DNA of 64,000 bases from Macrostomum hystrix (Eukaryota; Animalia; Platyhelminthes). Location: contig CATNEN010000001.1 in assembly GCA_950097015.1 (NCBI GenBank), forward strand, positions 24,428,001-24,492,000, written 5' to 3'. This document shows, piece after piece, positions 11,601-23,095 of the stretch. Numbering within the stretch: position 1 is the first letter of the stretch; every line of letters begins with the position of its first letter. The translations under genes were made by a program, and so were the position numbers. The notes beneath the pieces are model-generated. The model was not told the origin of the DNA. It did not search any database and saw nothing but the letters and a program-made list of their open reading frames with translations.

Positions 11601-14600
11601 TTCTCTGGCGCCTTCTGTTCTTCCTTGTCGCCTTTCTCTGGCGTCGTCTGGTCTTTCGAGTGGCCTTCCTCGATCTTCGTGAAGCCTTTCTTTGACGTCG
11701 TCTGTACCTCCTTGTCGCCTTTCTCTGTCTTCGTCTGTTCTTCCTTGACGCCCTTCTCTGACGCCTTCTCGTCCTTCGAGCGGCCTTCTTTGGTCTTCGT
11801 GAAGACTTTCTCTGGCGCCTTCTGTTCTTCCTTGTCGCCTTTCTCTGGCGTCGTCTGGTCTTTCGAGTGGCCTTCCTCGATCTTCGTGAAGCCTTTCTTT
11901 GACGTCGTCTGTACCTCCTTGTCGCCTTTCTCTGTCTTCGTCTGTTCTTCCTTGACGCCCTTCTCTGACGCCTTCTCGTCCTTCGAGCGGCCTTCTTTGG
12001 TCTTCGTGAAGACTTTCTCTGTCGTCGTTTGCTCTTCCTTGTCGCCTTTCTCTGTCGTCGTTTGCTCTTCCTTGTCGCCTTTCTCTGTCGTCGTTTGCTC
12101 TTCCTTGTCGCCTTTCTCTGTCGCCTTCTATTCCTCTTTGTCGCCTTTCTCTGTCGGCTTCTGTTCTTCTTTGTCGCCTTTCTCTGTCGGCTTCTGTTCT
12201 TCCTTGAGGCCTTTCTCTGTCGCCTTCTCGACCTTCGAGCGGCCTTCTTTGTTCTTCTAGAAGCCTTTCTCTGTCGTCGTCTGGTCTTCCTTGTCGCCTT
12301 TCTCTGTCGCCTTCTGTTCTTCCTTGTCGCCTTTCTCTGTCGCCTTCTGTTCTTCCTTAAGGCCTTTCTCTGTCGCCTTCTCGACCTTCGAGCGGCCTTC
12401 TTTGTTCTTCTAGAAACCTTTCTTTGACGTCTTCTGTTCTTCTTCGCAGACTTTCTCTGACGGCGACTGTTCTTCCTTGAGGCTTTTCTCTGACGCCTTC
12501 TCGACCTTCGAGCGGCCTTCTTTGTTCTTCTAGAAACCTTTCTCTGTCGTCGTCTCGACCTTCGAGCGGACTTCTTTGGTCTTCTGGAAGATTTTGTCTG
12601 ACGCCTTCTTGTTCTTCGAGCGGCCTTCTTCGTTCTTCTAGTCGCCTTTCTCTGTTGCCTTCTGTTCTGCTTTGTCGCCTTTCTCTGTCGCTTTCTGTTC
12701 TTCCTTGTCGCCTTTCTCTGACGCTTTCTCGTTCGTCGAGCGGCCTTCTTTGTTCTTCTAGAAGCCTTTCTCTGTCGCCTTCTGTTCTTCTTTGTCGCCT
12801 TTCTCTGTCGGCTTCTGTTCTTCCTTGAGGCCTTTCTCTGTCGCCTTCTCGACCTTCGAGCGGCCTTCTTTGTTCTTCTAGAAGCCTTTCTCTGTCGTCG
12901 TCTGGTCTTCCTTGTCGCCTTTCTCTGTCGCCTTCTGTTCTTCCTTGTCGCCTTTCTCTGACGCCTTCTCGTTCGTCGAGCGGCCTTCTTTGTTCTTCTA
13001 GAAGCCTTTCTCTGTCGCCTTCTGTTCTTCTTTGTCGCCTTTCTCTGTCGGCTTCTGTTCTTCCTTGTCGCCTTTCTCTGTCGCCTTCTCGTCCTTCGTG
13101 TGGCCTTCTTTGTTCTTCTAGAAGCCTTTCTCTGTCGTCGTCTGGTCTTCCTTGTCGCCTTTCTCTGACGCCTTCTCGTCCTTCGAGCGGCCTTCTTGGG
13201 TCTTCTGAAAGATTTTCTCTGACGCCTTCTCGTTCTTCGAGCGGCCTTCTTTGTTCTTCTAGAAGCCTTTCTCTGTTGCCTTCTGTTCTTCTTTGTCGCC
13301 TTTCTCTGTCGCCTTCTGTCCTTCCTTGTCGCCTTTCTCTGTCGTCGTCTCGTCCTTCGAGCGGACTTCTTTGGTCTTCTGGAAGATTTTCTCTGACGCC
13401 TTCTCGTTCTTCGAGCGGCCTTCTTTGTTCTTCTAGAAGCCTTTCTCTGTCGCCTTCTGTTCTTCTTTGTCGCCTTTCTCTGTCGCCTTCTCGTCCTTCG
13501 TGTGGCCTTCTTTGTTCTTTTAGAAGCCTTTCTCTGTCGTCGTCTGGTCTTCCTTGTCGCCTTTCTCTGTCGGCTTCTGTTCTTCCTTGTCGCCTTTCTC
13601 TGACGTCTTCTCGACCTTCGAGCGGCCTTCTTTGTTCTTCTAGTCGCCTTTCTATGTCGCCTTCTGTTCTTCCTTGAGGCCTTTCTCTGTCGCCTTCTCG
13701 TCCTTCGAGCGGCCTTCTTTGTTCTTCTAGTCGCCTTTCTCTGTTGCCTTCTGTTCTTCTTTGTCGCCTTTCTCTGTCGTCGTCTGGTCTTCCTTGTCGC
13801 CTTTCTCTGACGCCTTCTCGTCCTTCGAGCGGCCTTCTTGGGTCTTCTGAAAGATTTTCTCTGACGCCTTCTCGTTCTTCGAGCGGCCTTCTTTGTTCTT
13901 CTAGAAGCCTTTCTCTGTCGCCTTCTGTTCTTCTTTGTCGCCTTTCTCTGTCGCCTTCTGTCCTTCCTTGTCGCCTTTCTCTGTCGTCGTCTCGTCCTTC
14001 GAGCGGACTTCTTTGGTCTTCTGGAAGATTTTCTCTGACGCCTTCTCGTTCTTCGAGCGGCCTTCTTTGTTCTTCTAGAAGCCTTTCTCTGTCGCCTTCT
14101 GTTCTTCTTTGTCGCCTTTCTCTGTCGCCTTCTCGTCCTTCGTGTGGCCTTTTTTGTTCTTTTAGAAGCCTTTCTCTGTCGTCGTCTGGTCTTCCTTGTC
14201 GCCTTTCTCTGTCGGCTTCTGTTCTTCCTTGTCGCCTTTCTCTGACGTCTTCTCGACCTTCGAGCGGCCTTCTTTGTTCTTCTAGTCGCCTTTCTATGTC
14301 GCCTTCTGTTCTTCCTTGAGGCCTTTCTCTGTCGCCTTCTCGTCCTTCGAGCGGCCTTCTTTGTTCTTCTAGTCGCCTTTCTCTGTTGCCTTCTGTTCTT
14401 CTTTGTCGCCTTTCTCTGTCGGCTTCTGTTCTTCCTTGAGGCCTTTCTCTGTCGCCTTCTCGACCTTCGAGCGGCCTTCTTGGGTCTTCTGAAAGATTTT
14501 CTCTGACGCCTTCTCGTTCTTCGAGCGGCCTTCTTTGTTCTTCTAGAAGCCTTTCTCTGTCGCCTTCTGTTCTTCTTTGTCGCCTTTCTCTGTCGGCTTC

Positions 14601-17600
14601 TGTTCTTCCTTGAGGCCTTTCTCTGTCGCCTTCTCGACCTTCGAGCGGCCTTCTTTGTTCTTCTAGAAGCCTTTCTCTGTCGTCGTCTGGTCTTCCTTGT
14701 CGCCTTTCTCTGTCGCCTTCTGTTCTTCCTTGTCGCCTTTCTCTGACGCCTTCTCGTTCGTCGAGCGGCCTTCTTTGTTCTTCTAGAAGCCTTTCTCTGT
14801 CGCCTTCTGTTCTTCTTTGTCGCCTTTCTCTGTCGGCTTCTGTTCTTCCTTGAGGCCTTTCTCTGTCGCCTTCTCGTCCTTCGTGTGGCCTTCTTTGTTC
14901 TTCTAGAAGCCTTTCTCTGTCGTCGTCTGGTCTTCCTTGTCGCCTTTCTCTGACGCCTTCTCGTCCTTCGAGCGGCCTTCTTGGGTCTTCTGAAAGATTT
15001 TCTCTGACGCCTTCTCGTTCTTCGAGCGGCCTTCTTTGTTCTTCTAGAAGCCTTTCTCTGTCGCCTTCTGTTCTTCTTTGTCGCCTTTCTCTGTCGCCTT
15101 CTGTCCTTCCTTGTCGCCTTTCTCTGTCGTCGTCTCGTCCTTCGAGCGGACTTCTTTGGTCTTCTGGAAGATTTTCTCTGACGCCTTCTCGTTCTTCGAG
15201 CGGCCTTCTTTGTTCTTCTAGAAGCCTTTCTCTGTCGCCTTCTGTTCTTCTTTGTCGCCTTTCTCTGTCGCCTTCTCGTCCTTCGTGTGGCCTTCTTTGT
15301 TCTTTTAGAAGCCTTTCTCTGTCGTCGTCTGGTCTTCCTTGTCGCCTTTCTCTGTCGGCTTCTGTTCTTCCTTGTCGCCTTTCTCTGACGTCTTCTCGAC
15401 CTTCGAGCGGCCTTCTTTGTTCTTCTAGTCGCCTTTCTATGTCGCCTTCTGTTCTTCCTTGAGGCCTTTCTCTGTCGCCTTCTCGTCCTTCGAGCGGCCT
15501 TCTTTGTTCTTCTAGTCGCCTTTCTCTGTTGCCTTCTGTTCTTCTTTGTCGCCTTTCTCTGTCGGCTTCTGTTCTTCCTTGAGGCCTTTCTCTGTCGCCT
15601 TCTCGACCTTCGAGCGGCCTTCTTGGGTCTTCTGAAAGATTTTCTCTGACGCCTTCTCGTTCTTCGAGCGGCCTTCTTTGTTCTTCTAGAAGCCTTTCTC
15701 TGTCGCCTTCTGTTCTTCTTTGTCGCCTTTCTCTGTCGGCTTCTGTTCTTCCTTGAGGCCTTTCTCTGTCGCCTTCTCGACCTTCGAGCGGCCTTCTTTG
15801 TTCTTCTAGAAGCCTTTCTCTGTCGTCGTCTGGTCTTCCTTGTCGCCTTTCTCTGACGCCTTCTCGTCCTTCGAGCGGCCTTCTTGGGTCTTCTGAAAGA
15901 TTTTCTCTGACGCCTTCTCGTTCTTCGAGCGGCCTTCTTTGTTCTTCTAGAAGCCTTTCTCTGTCGTCGTCTGGTCTTCCTTGTCGCCTTTCTCTGACGC
16001 CTTCTGTTCTTCCTCGTCGCCTTTCTCTGACGCCTTCTCGACCTTCGAGCGGCCTTCTTTGTTCTTCTAGAAACCTTTCTCTGTCGTCGTCTCGTCCTTC
16101 GAGCGGCCTTCTTGGGTCTTCTAGAAGCCTTTCTTCGACGCTTTCTGTTCTTCTTCGCAGACTTTCTTTGTTGCCTTCCGTTCTTCTTTGTCGCCTTTCT
16201 CTGTCGCCTTCTCGTCCTTCGAGCGGCCTTCTTTGTTCTTCTAGAAGCCTTTCTTTGTCGCCTTCCGTTCTTCTTTGTCGCCTTTCTCTGTCGCCTTCTC
16301 GACCTTCGAGCGGCCTTCTTTGTTCTTCTAGAAACCTTTCTCTGTCGTCGTCTCGTCCTTCGAGCGGCCTTCTTGGGTCTTCTAGAAGCCTTTCTTCGAC
16401 GCTTTCTGTTCTTCTTCGCAGACTTTCTTTGTTGCCTTCCGTTCTTCTTTGTCGCCTTTCTCTGTCGCCTTCTCGACCTTCGAGCGGCCTTCTTTGGTCT
16501 TCTGGAAGATTTTCTCTGACGCCTTTTTGTTGCCCTTTTTCTTAATTGACGCCTCTTTTTCAGTAGTCGCTTTAGTCTTCGAAACGCCCTGCTTCGCTTG
16601 ATATGTGCTCCAGAACGTCGCTTGAGCAGAAGGCGTACGCTTCGCCTTACAATGTCATTCTGAAGCTTTCTTTCATCTGCGCACTGGACTTCGCTTCGTC
16701 TGGCCCGCCGCGCTTTTTGCTTTAACACCTTGGTCACCTTGGCCAATCTATTTTTTAGTGCCAATGTTGTCTCTCTCAACTGTCTTGTAAAGCTACGCGC
16801 TCTTCGGCGCTGGGAAACGCAGACCTGGTGCCTTCTGACTTCTGTTTTGAGCTGCGCCGTCAAGCTCTTTAAGCTGGCCAGGTGTTGCTGTCCCAGCCTG
16901 GCCACGGTGTTTCGGTATCGGACATCCACAGCCGCCCTTGCCGCTTTAACACTAGCTTCAGTTCTTTGGCAGGTGTGCTGCACCAGCATGTACTTGTAGG
17001 TGCCTGGGCAGGGGTCACCGAAAACGGCGTTGCTCGATCTCAGCTGGCAGGCCTGCTTGCCGTCACAAGCGGCTCGAACTCGGACTGCTGCGTTGCGGGC
17101 CTGGCATTTTACGGTGTGGATTTGCGGGTGCGGGCAGCTGGAGGCGTCTTTGCGGCCATAGAAGACACTTTGTAGCTTGACCACGTATCCGGCTGGGCAG
17201 CCGACGCTGAGGACGCTGTTTTCACAGGTGCGTGTCTCCGGATTGGCTGCGTTTCGAATTTGTGGAACAAAGGGTTTAATTATAAATCTCGTTTGCGGTT
17301 AAAATAGATCCCGATTAAGAGAAAAAAGTCACAGAATTTTAGACTCACTGATGACTCGGTTCCTGTCGGCGTTTGCCAACTCAGCAGTCCGAGCCCGCTG
17401 TACGTTCGCCAGCGCAGTCTTGTGCCTCTGCTGCTCCGCAGCGATAGCCTGCTTCAGCGCCTTGCCCTTTCCGCTCTGGCAGGACACTGGAATGCAAGGT
17501 GTGCTGCACTGAATTATTCAGCTCCACTATCATACAAGCTGCTCTACTCTTTGAATCCTAGTAAAATCTGATTTCTTAACAACTATAAGTCACAAGCGCA

Positions 17601-19226
17601 ACTCACTTCCGCCAAGACACCTCTTGTACTGCCGCTTCTCAGTGATGATTCGTGCCTTCAGACTCATCTTCTCCGCTCGGAACCGGGCCATCAGTTGCCT
17701 CTTGCTGGCCTGGTATCTCTTCCGGGCGGCCTGCAACTCGTCTCTCACCTGGCCAGGCTGCAGCTCGCACTGGTACCTGACCTCCAGGTACTTGAAGGTT
17801 CCCGGGCAGGGATCGCCGAAGATATTGTTCCTAGCTGGCACTTGGCAGGACTGCCGACCGCTGCAGCGAGCCTTTGCGACGTCGAGCGCCTTCTTGGCGG
17901 CGCAGTTCGTGCGGGCGGACAAGCGACCTCTCGGGCAGAGCCTGGTCGACTGGCGACCGTACAGAGCCTGCTGGATGCTGACTGTGTAGCCCTTGGGGCA
18001 GGTGAATGTGCTGACGCTGTGCTCGCAGGTGCGTCGCATTGGCATGGCTGTGAATCAGATTGGAGCTCAGTTGAGTGTTAGGGAAGACTGACCATCAGTA
18101 GGTCACATAGAAAACCACATGAGTTTGCATTGACTCACCTTTGACCTTCCGCTGGGCAACAGAGCTGGCAGTCTTGGTGAAGAGGGCCCGCGCATGCCGG
18201 ATGCCGCGCTTCAAGAGCTGCTTCGCTGTCAGGAGCTTCTTGGACAGCTGCTGGGCTGCCACCTTGCTGCAACTGCCTGCACAAATAGACCAGTTGACCA
18301 AATTGACCTTTCAGAAATAAAAAAGAATAAATAAAACAATTTTATGATATCTCACCTGGAGGCCGCACTGGCCATCCGATGATCTGAACCTCGCACAGAG
18401 TCAGGATAGTGCCACCGGTGTTGACGATGCGCACCACTCGGCCGTCACGATTGCAGGCGAGCTTCTTGACGTCGAACGGCTTGGCCGACTTGTGCACGGC
18501 GCAGACTTTGCCGTCCACCAGGACGGAGAAGCTGTTAAGCCGCTCAGCGCAACAGTCAGCCCGGTTGAAAATGCGCACGGCCTTCACCCTCGAGACGGTC
18601 TTGAGGGTGGCCTGCCACCAAGGCCGTACCTGCTGGCGAGTGTGCGTGCACGACTTGCGCGCGAAGTTGCGCGCCGTATTGCCGTCCAGGGCGCGGCCGC
18701 AGTGGCCGTCGAAATCCACGGAGCTCTGCGTGCAGTTTAGAGTCTCGAGGACGCGGCCTGATTTAGAAATATGGATCGGCGTGGTTAAGGACTGGACAAT
18801 ATACTCGTATTTTGAACAATGTAAAAAGCTACTGGACAATCTAACAAGCTTCTGGACAATGGAACAAGCTTCTGGACAATGGAACAAGCTTCTGGACAAT
18901 GGAACAAGCTTCTGGACAATGGAACAAGCTTCTGGACAATGGAACAAGCTTCTGGACAATGGAAAAAGCTTCTGGACAATGGAACAAGCTAGTGGACAGT
19001 TTATCAACTGGACAGTTTATCAAGCTACTGGACAGTTTATCAAGCTACTGGACAGTTGATCAAGCTACTGGACAGTTTATCAAGCTACTGGACAGTTTAT
19101 CAAGCTACTAGAAAGTTGAACAAGCTTCTGGAACAGGCCCCTGAACTTACCGAAGGCCGCTTCGGAGCACAGGGCGATGACAGCGAGCCATAGAAGGCCG
19201 CTGGCAGCCCGACTGACGCCTGTCAT
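2623..19226 (-). CDS. Giant secreted lectin/polycationic repeat protein (~5,249 aa): signal peptide, F-type lectin (FTP), two SUEL/rhamnose-binding lectin domains, two K/R-rich repeat regions; candidate adhesive/glue protein
   Basis: Hand-built exons: 19226-19151 (MTGVSRAASGLLWLAVIALCSEAAFG), 18757-18356 (FTP: SCTHT...PWW...RADCCAERL...LCEV), 18276-18139, 18047-17607 (SUEL: CE..C..A.YGR...C...FGDPCPGTFKYL), 17486-17349, 17246-8454 (second SUEL then K/R repeats), 8384-2623. All six introns are GT-AG and phase 1, and the frame is continuous. CDS total is 15,750 nt. Confidence 0.88.
2700..8290 (-). repeat. Coding tandem repeat, 108-bp/36-aa unit (TRRAIKRVRRSSRRIRRQVRRSRRYAKRQIRRRRS[P/V]), about 51 copies
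   Basis: The periodicity is visible in DNA and translation, with no frameshift over about 5.6 kb. Confidence 0.95.
8894..12020 (-). repeat. Coding tandem repeat, 207-bp/69-aa unit, about 15 near-identical copies
   Basis: The motif GGTCTTCGTGAAGACT recurs at 9101, 9308 and so on, with period 207. Confidence 0.93.
12020..16520 (-). repeat. Coding modular K/R repeat built from ~11-aa and ~18-aa blocks (KATRKNRRRQR; KASRRTKKAARRTRRRQR) with higher-order duplications
   Basis: Seen in the translation of ORF 8416-17184. Confidence 0.9.
18826..19135. repeat. 20-bp minisatellite in intron 1 of the giant gene
   Basis: (GGACAATGGAACAAGCTTCT)n and the variant (GGACAGTTTATCAAGCTACT)n. Confidence 0.9.
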
Positions 19227-19959
19227 GCTTCTGCCGATGCAAGCAGGCGAGTTGGAATCTGCAGGATTTCTTCCGGTTGGAAACTTCTATTCTCCACTGA
19301 TTTGTGCCTTCAATTCCTTGCCAAGGCAAGCTGCGATGCTGCTGTGAACTGCGGCGAAGTCCGCCAAGTTATATGGCGAAAAAATTGCTGAAATCGCAGG
19401 ATCGAACGGCGAGAGTTTCGGATTTCTCCGCACACTTCAAATTTTGCTCCAGTTACCACGTGGCGGGAATCTGAGCTGAAATCTGAGCCAGCTGTAACTC
19501 TTGGAGAACTCTGAAATCCAAAATTTAACTTTTTTGTGTCAATCAGCACTTCAATGTTCGTTTTCTTGTGTTAACACAGAACTCCTGTGGTACAGGTGCA
19601 GCCGGGATTGAGTTTCAACAATTGTTACTGATTTATCATATTACGCATTTTTTCTTCAAAAAGTGTGACTTTCCAACAAGTGCTTTACAAAATCAGAGCA
19701 CAATTGCTGGAAAAGAAGTGCGATTGTGCCAGATGTTTGAAGTGTCTCGCCCGGCCCAGAAAGGCTGTGTCAGCGAAGTTCAGAGGCACACAAAAAAGTG
19801 GAGTTCTTCCGACCATCTGCCTCCGGAAAGTTTCAAATCAGATTGCTCTGAACTTTGGTTGTTTTAACGGCCTGAGATTTTCCTGTTTACTGAAGCTGTC
19901 AGCGGAGATGCCTTCTTATGACTAGCCTCCCATCTCAATCAAACAGTCCCATTTTAAAT

Positions 19960-20930
19960 CTCTCAATACTATCTCAATCTCCCAATCCCATCTCAGTCTC
20001 CCAACCCCATCTCAATCTCCTAATCCCATCTCAATCTCCCAATTCCAACTCAGTCTCCCAATTCCTACTCAGTCTCCCAATTCCTACTCAATCTCCCAAT
20101 TCCTACTCAATCTCCCAATTCCTACTCAGTCTCCCAATTCCTACTCAGTCTCCCAATTCCTACTCAATCTCCCAATTCCTACTCAATCTCCCAATTCCTA
20201 CTCAGTCTCCCAATTCCTACTCAGTCTCCCAATTCCTACTCAGTCTCCCAATTCCTACTCAGTCTCCCAATTCCTACTCAGTCTCCCAATTCCTACTCAA
20301 TCTCCCAATTCCTACTCAGTCTCCCAATTCCTACTCAGTCTCCCAATTCCTACTCAGTCTCCCAATTCCTACTCAGTCTCCCAATCCCATCTCAATCTCC
20401 CAATTCCAACTCAGTCTCCCAATTCCTACTCAGTCTCCCAATTCCTACTCAGTCTCCCAATTCCTACTCAGTCTCCCAATTCCTACTCAGTCTCCCAATT
20501 CCTACTCAGTCTCCCAACCCCATCTCAATCTCCCAATCCCATCTCAATCTCCTAATCCCATCTCAATCTCCTAACCCCATCTCAGTCTCCCAACCCCATC
20601 TCAGTCTCCCAACCCCATCTCAGTCTCCCAACCCCATCTCAGTCTCCCATTCCATCTCAGTCTCCCAACCCCATCTCAGTCTCCCATTCCATCTCAGTCT
20701 CCCAACCCCATCTCAGTCTCCCAATCCCATCTCAGTCTCCCAATCCCATCTCAATCTCCCAATCCCATCTCAGTCTCCCAACCACATCTCAGTCTCCCAA
20801 CCCCATCTCAGTCTCCCAACCCCATCTCAGTCTCCCAATCCCATCTCAATCTCCTAATCCCATCTTAATCTCATAATCCCATCTCAATCTCCCTATCCCT
20901 ACTTAATCTCCTAATCCCATGTCTATCTCC
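19960..20930. repeat. 19-bp minisatellite (TCAGTCTCCCAATTCCTAC and variants)
   Basis: Direct tandem array; it explains the spurious ORF 19918-20574. Confidence 0.92.
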
Positions 20931-21229
20931 GAATCCCCACTCTAGATGTAGCTCCACTCTTTCTCGACACTACGAAGGTGAAAACTCCATTAAGCATTTT
21001 TACTCAGCAGTCACTTCATTTCCCCTATAGCATGGTAGATTATTTAACAATCACTGTATTATTTAGTAATTCCATTACATATTCTATGCGACGCCGGCAT
21101 AGTGCAAATATCAGAACAATAAGATTGTACTATAACAAGTCCAGTATAAAGATGTGTTACAGTCGGGATGATAACTTATAACAATGAGACGGTCTCAGAC
21201 CTGTGAGGCTACTCACTGCGACTACCAGA

Positions 21230-21601
21230 ATGCGAGTCAGAGAGCAGCTAGCTGCAGCCCTGTTACTAGCAGCAGTTTCATGTGCTGCTGCTGCTGATCA
21301 ACAGGGTAAGACTGTGATTTCTCAATCTAGCAAAACTGAATCTCACCGAAATTATTGTTTTACAGCCACAATCTGCTTCACACTGTTCGTGAGTCGAATG
21401 AACTCCACAAATCAACAGCAGCTCAGAGCCGTGTTCTGTGGCCAGGTCGAAGCTCTGCTAGCACTGGAGTTTGCAGACGAGATCATCAGTGGCGCCCAGG
21501 GGACTGCCGGCCTGCAGGTGCAGTTCCCGTCGAGTCAGTGGGGAGCGAACTTCAGACTCGTCGGCTGCACCTACGAGCTCAGCGAAATTAGAGGCTCCGA
21601 G
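21230..21601 (+). CDS. Possible 5' exons of a small secreted protein or a gene relic
   Basis: MRVREQLAAALLLAAVSCAAAADQQG looks like a signal peptide and is followed by GTAAG. A GC-rich exon-like block at ~21419-21601 ends in GTGAG. The splice phase could not be reconciled cleanly. Confidence 0.3.
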
Positions 21602-22208
21602 GTGAGATCCATGGGGTCTAATTAAAGTAAACCCAATATAAAAAATGCCCCGTTTCTAAGAAATAATCTATTCGAAATCCTGAATCATTATCTGAACACT
21701 TCCGTAGGATTACCTGGAACGCCTGAAAAAGATTATCTCAGGAGCACATCAGATTATTACCTGAACATTATCTAACTATTAACTGAATATTATCAAGTCA
21801 TCACCTGAAACTTTTCAAACGATTACCTGAACATTTTCATACCATTACCTAAAAATCCTCAAAACATAACCTAAAAAAATTACAAATTATCACCTGAACA
21901 TTTTTTAAACTATTAGCTGAACACTTCCTTGAATTTCACAAGAAAAAAAGCTAGAGAACGAGCTTATCAATGTTCCAAAACTGATTATTTGTAAAACTCT
22001 AGAGTGTTACATTCACTATTGGACTACCTCGTATGAAATTTCAGGTCTGCCTGAAGTGACTACCTAACTGCCAGGCCAACTTGTTTATTAGCTGCGACTG
22101 ATCTTTGCGCAGAGTTTAATGGAAATCATTTCAAAATTGGACATCTTTGTGCCTTAAAAAATGCTAAATAAAATTTGCAGGAGGGCTGTGGGTTATGTAT
22201 GGCATAGC

Positions 22209-22415
22209 TAGCGAGGAGGCAATTCTATCCATTCCGTTGACTCCTGAGCACACGCTCACACAGGTGTGTACCCTGACTTTTTCATCGTCACGCAGTGTAC
22301 ATTCTCACTGTGCCCTTGGAGGTTGGCCCTCAAGGGCGTAAATTGCACGACAAGCCCCCAAGCCTTCTCGCCGCGGAGTCGAGCTCAGGGACCTTGTTGC
22401 GAGAGGCAACCGCTC
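22209..22415 (-). mobile_element. tRNA-derived SINE-like dispersed repeat, family A (partial)
   Basis: Shares long blocks (AGCGAGGAGGCAATTCT...AATTGCACGACAAGCC...TCGAGCTCAGGGACC...GCGAGAGGCAA) with copies at ~44270-44425 and ~54090-54340. Confidence 0.65.
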
Positions 22416-23095
22416 TGCCACTGGACCCCACACACAAGCTCCAACGGTGTTGATAAAATGAATCAAATAAATACTCTTTTGTTCTGTGACTTATCAAAAC
22501 ATTTCCTGGCTGTAAATTCAATTACGAACGTTATCCTGCTTGTCTTTATTAATTTAATTTGAACAGTGAAGACAAATCCTTCTATTAATACTAGTAGAAT
22601 TAACAAATTTGAAATGTTGGAAAACTATTTTCGACCTTTGCCGTAGTGAAGTGCATTTTTCTGTTAGTTTATTGCTCATTTATTACTTGGGATTGTAGGA
22701 AAAAGCAATCCTTATTCCGATAATGAAAGAACACAAGCCCACACGTAATACGAGTACCTGAAAGCAGTCACAAATACAAGCGCAAAGCGCATAAACGATG
22801 AGCACTGCTCATATTTGGGGGGGGGGTTGGGAAGCTTTATGGGATACGGGCACTGCTGCTCCCTGAAAAGAAATGTCACTATAATATTGCTGCTGCCACT
22901 GCCTCCCGGATAGGGATGGTCAGAATATTTTGTCTCTTCTCTTCTGTCGCATTGCTGGAAGCTCAGTTTCCATGGCAACCATCACGGCTTTAAAATAGCG
23001 AAGAATTGGAAAACGGAATTCTGTATCGGACACTGGCAAAGAAAAAAAGTGCTCCAAATATATCTCAGCTTCTTTTAGTGCTTTTTCTAAAACGA

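Noticed and set aside
8892-12260. 1122-aa plus-strand Ser/Phe-rich ORF and other antisense ORFs at 12029-16545
   Set aside because: Antisense shadows of the 207-bp and modular coding repeats. They have no unique domain or credible start, while the minus frame has a signal peptide, lectin domains and consistent splicing.
2623-19226. Calling the giant gene Mlig-ap1
   Set aside because: Size and K/R richness are similar, but the domain set seen here (FTP plus 2 SUEL) differs from the architecture I recall for ap1. Identity cannot be established without a search.
19918-20574. Repetitive ORFs here and at 27025-27804, 28134-28888, 46380-47075, 55147-55643, 56866-57837
   Set aside because: Translations of non-coding minisatellites, with frame changes between units.
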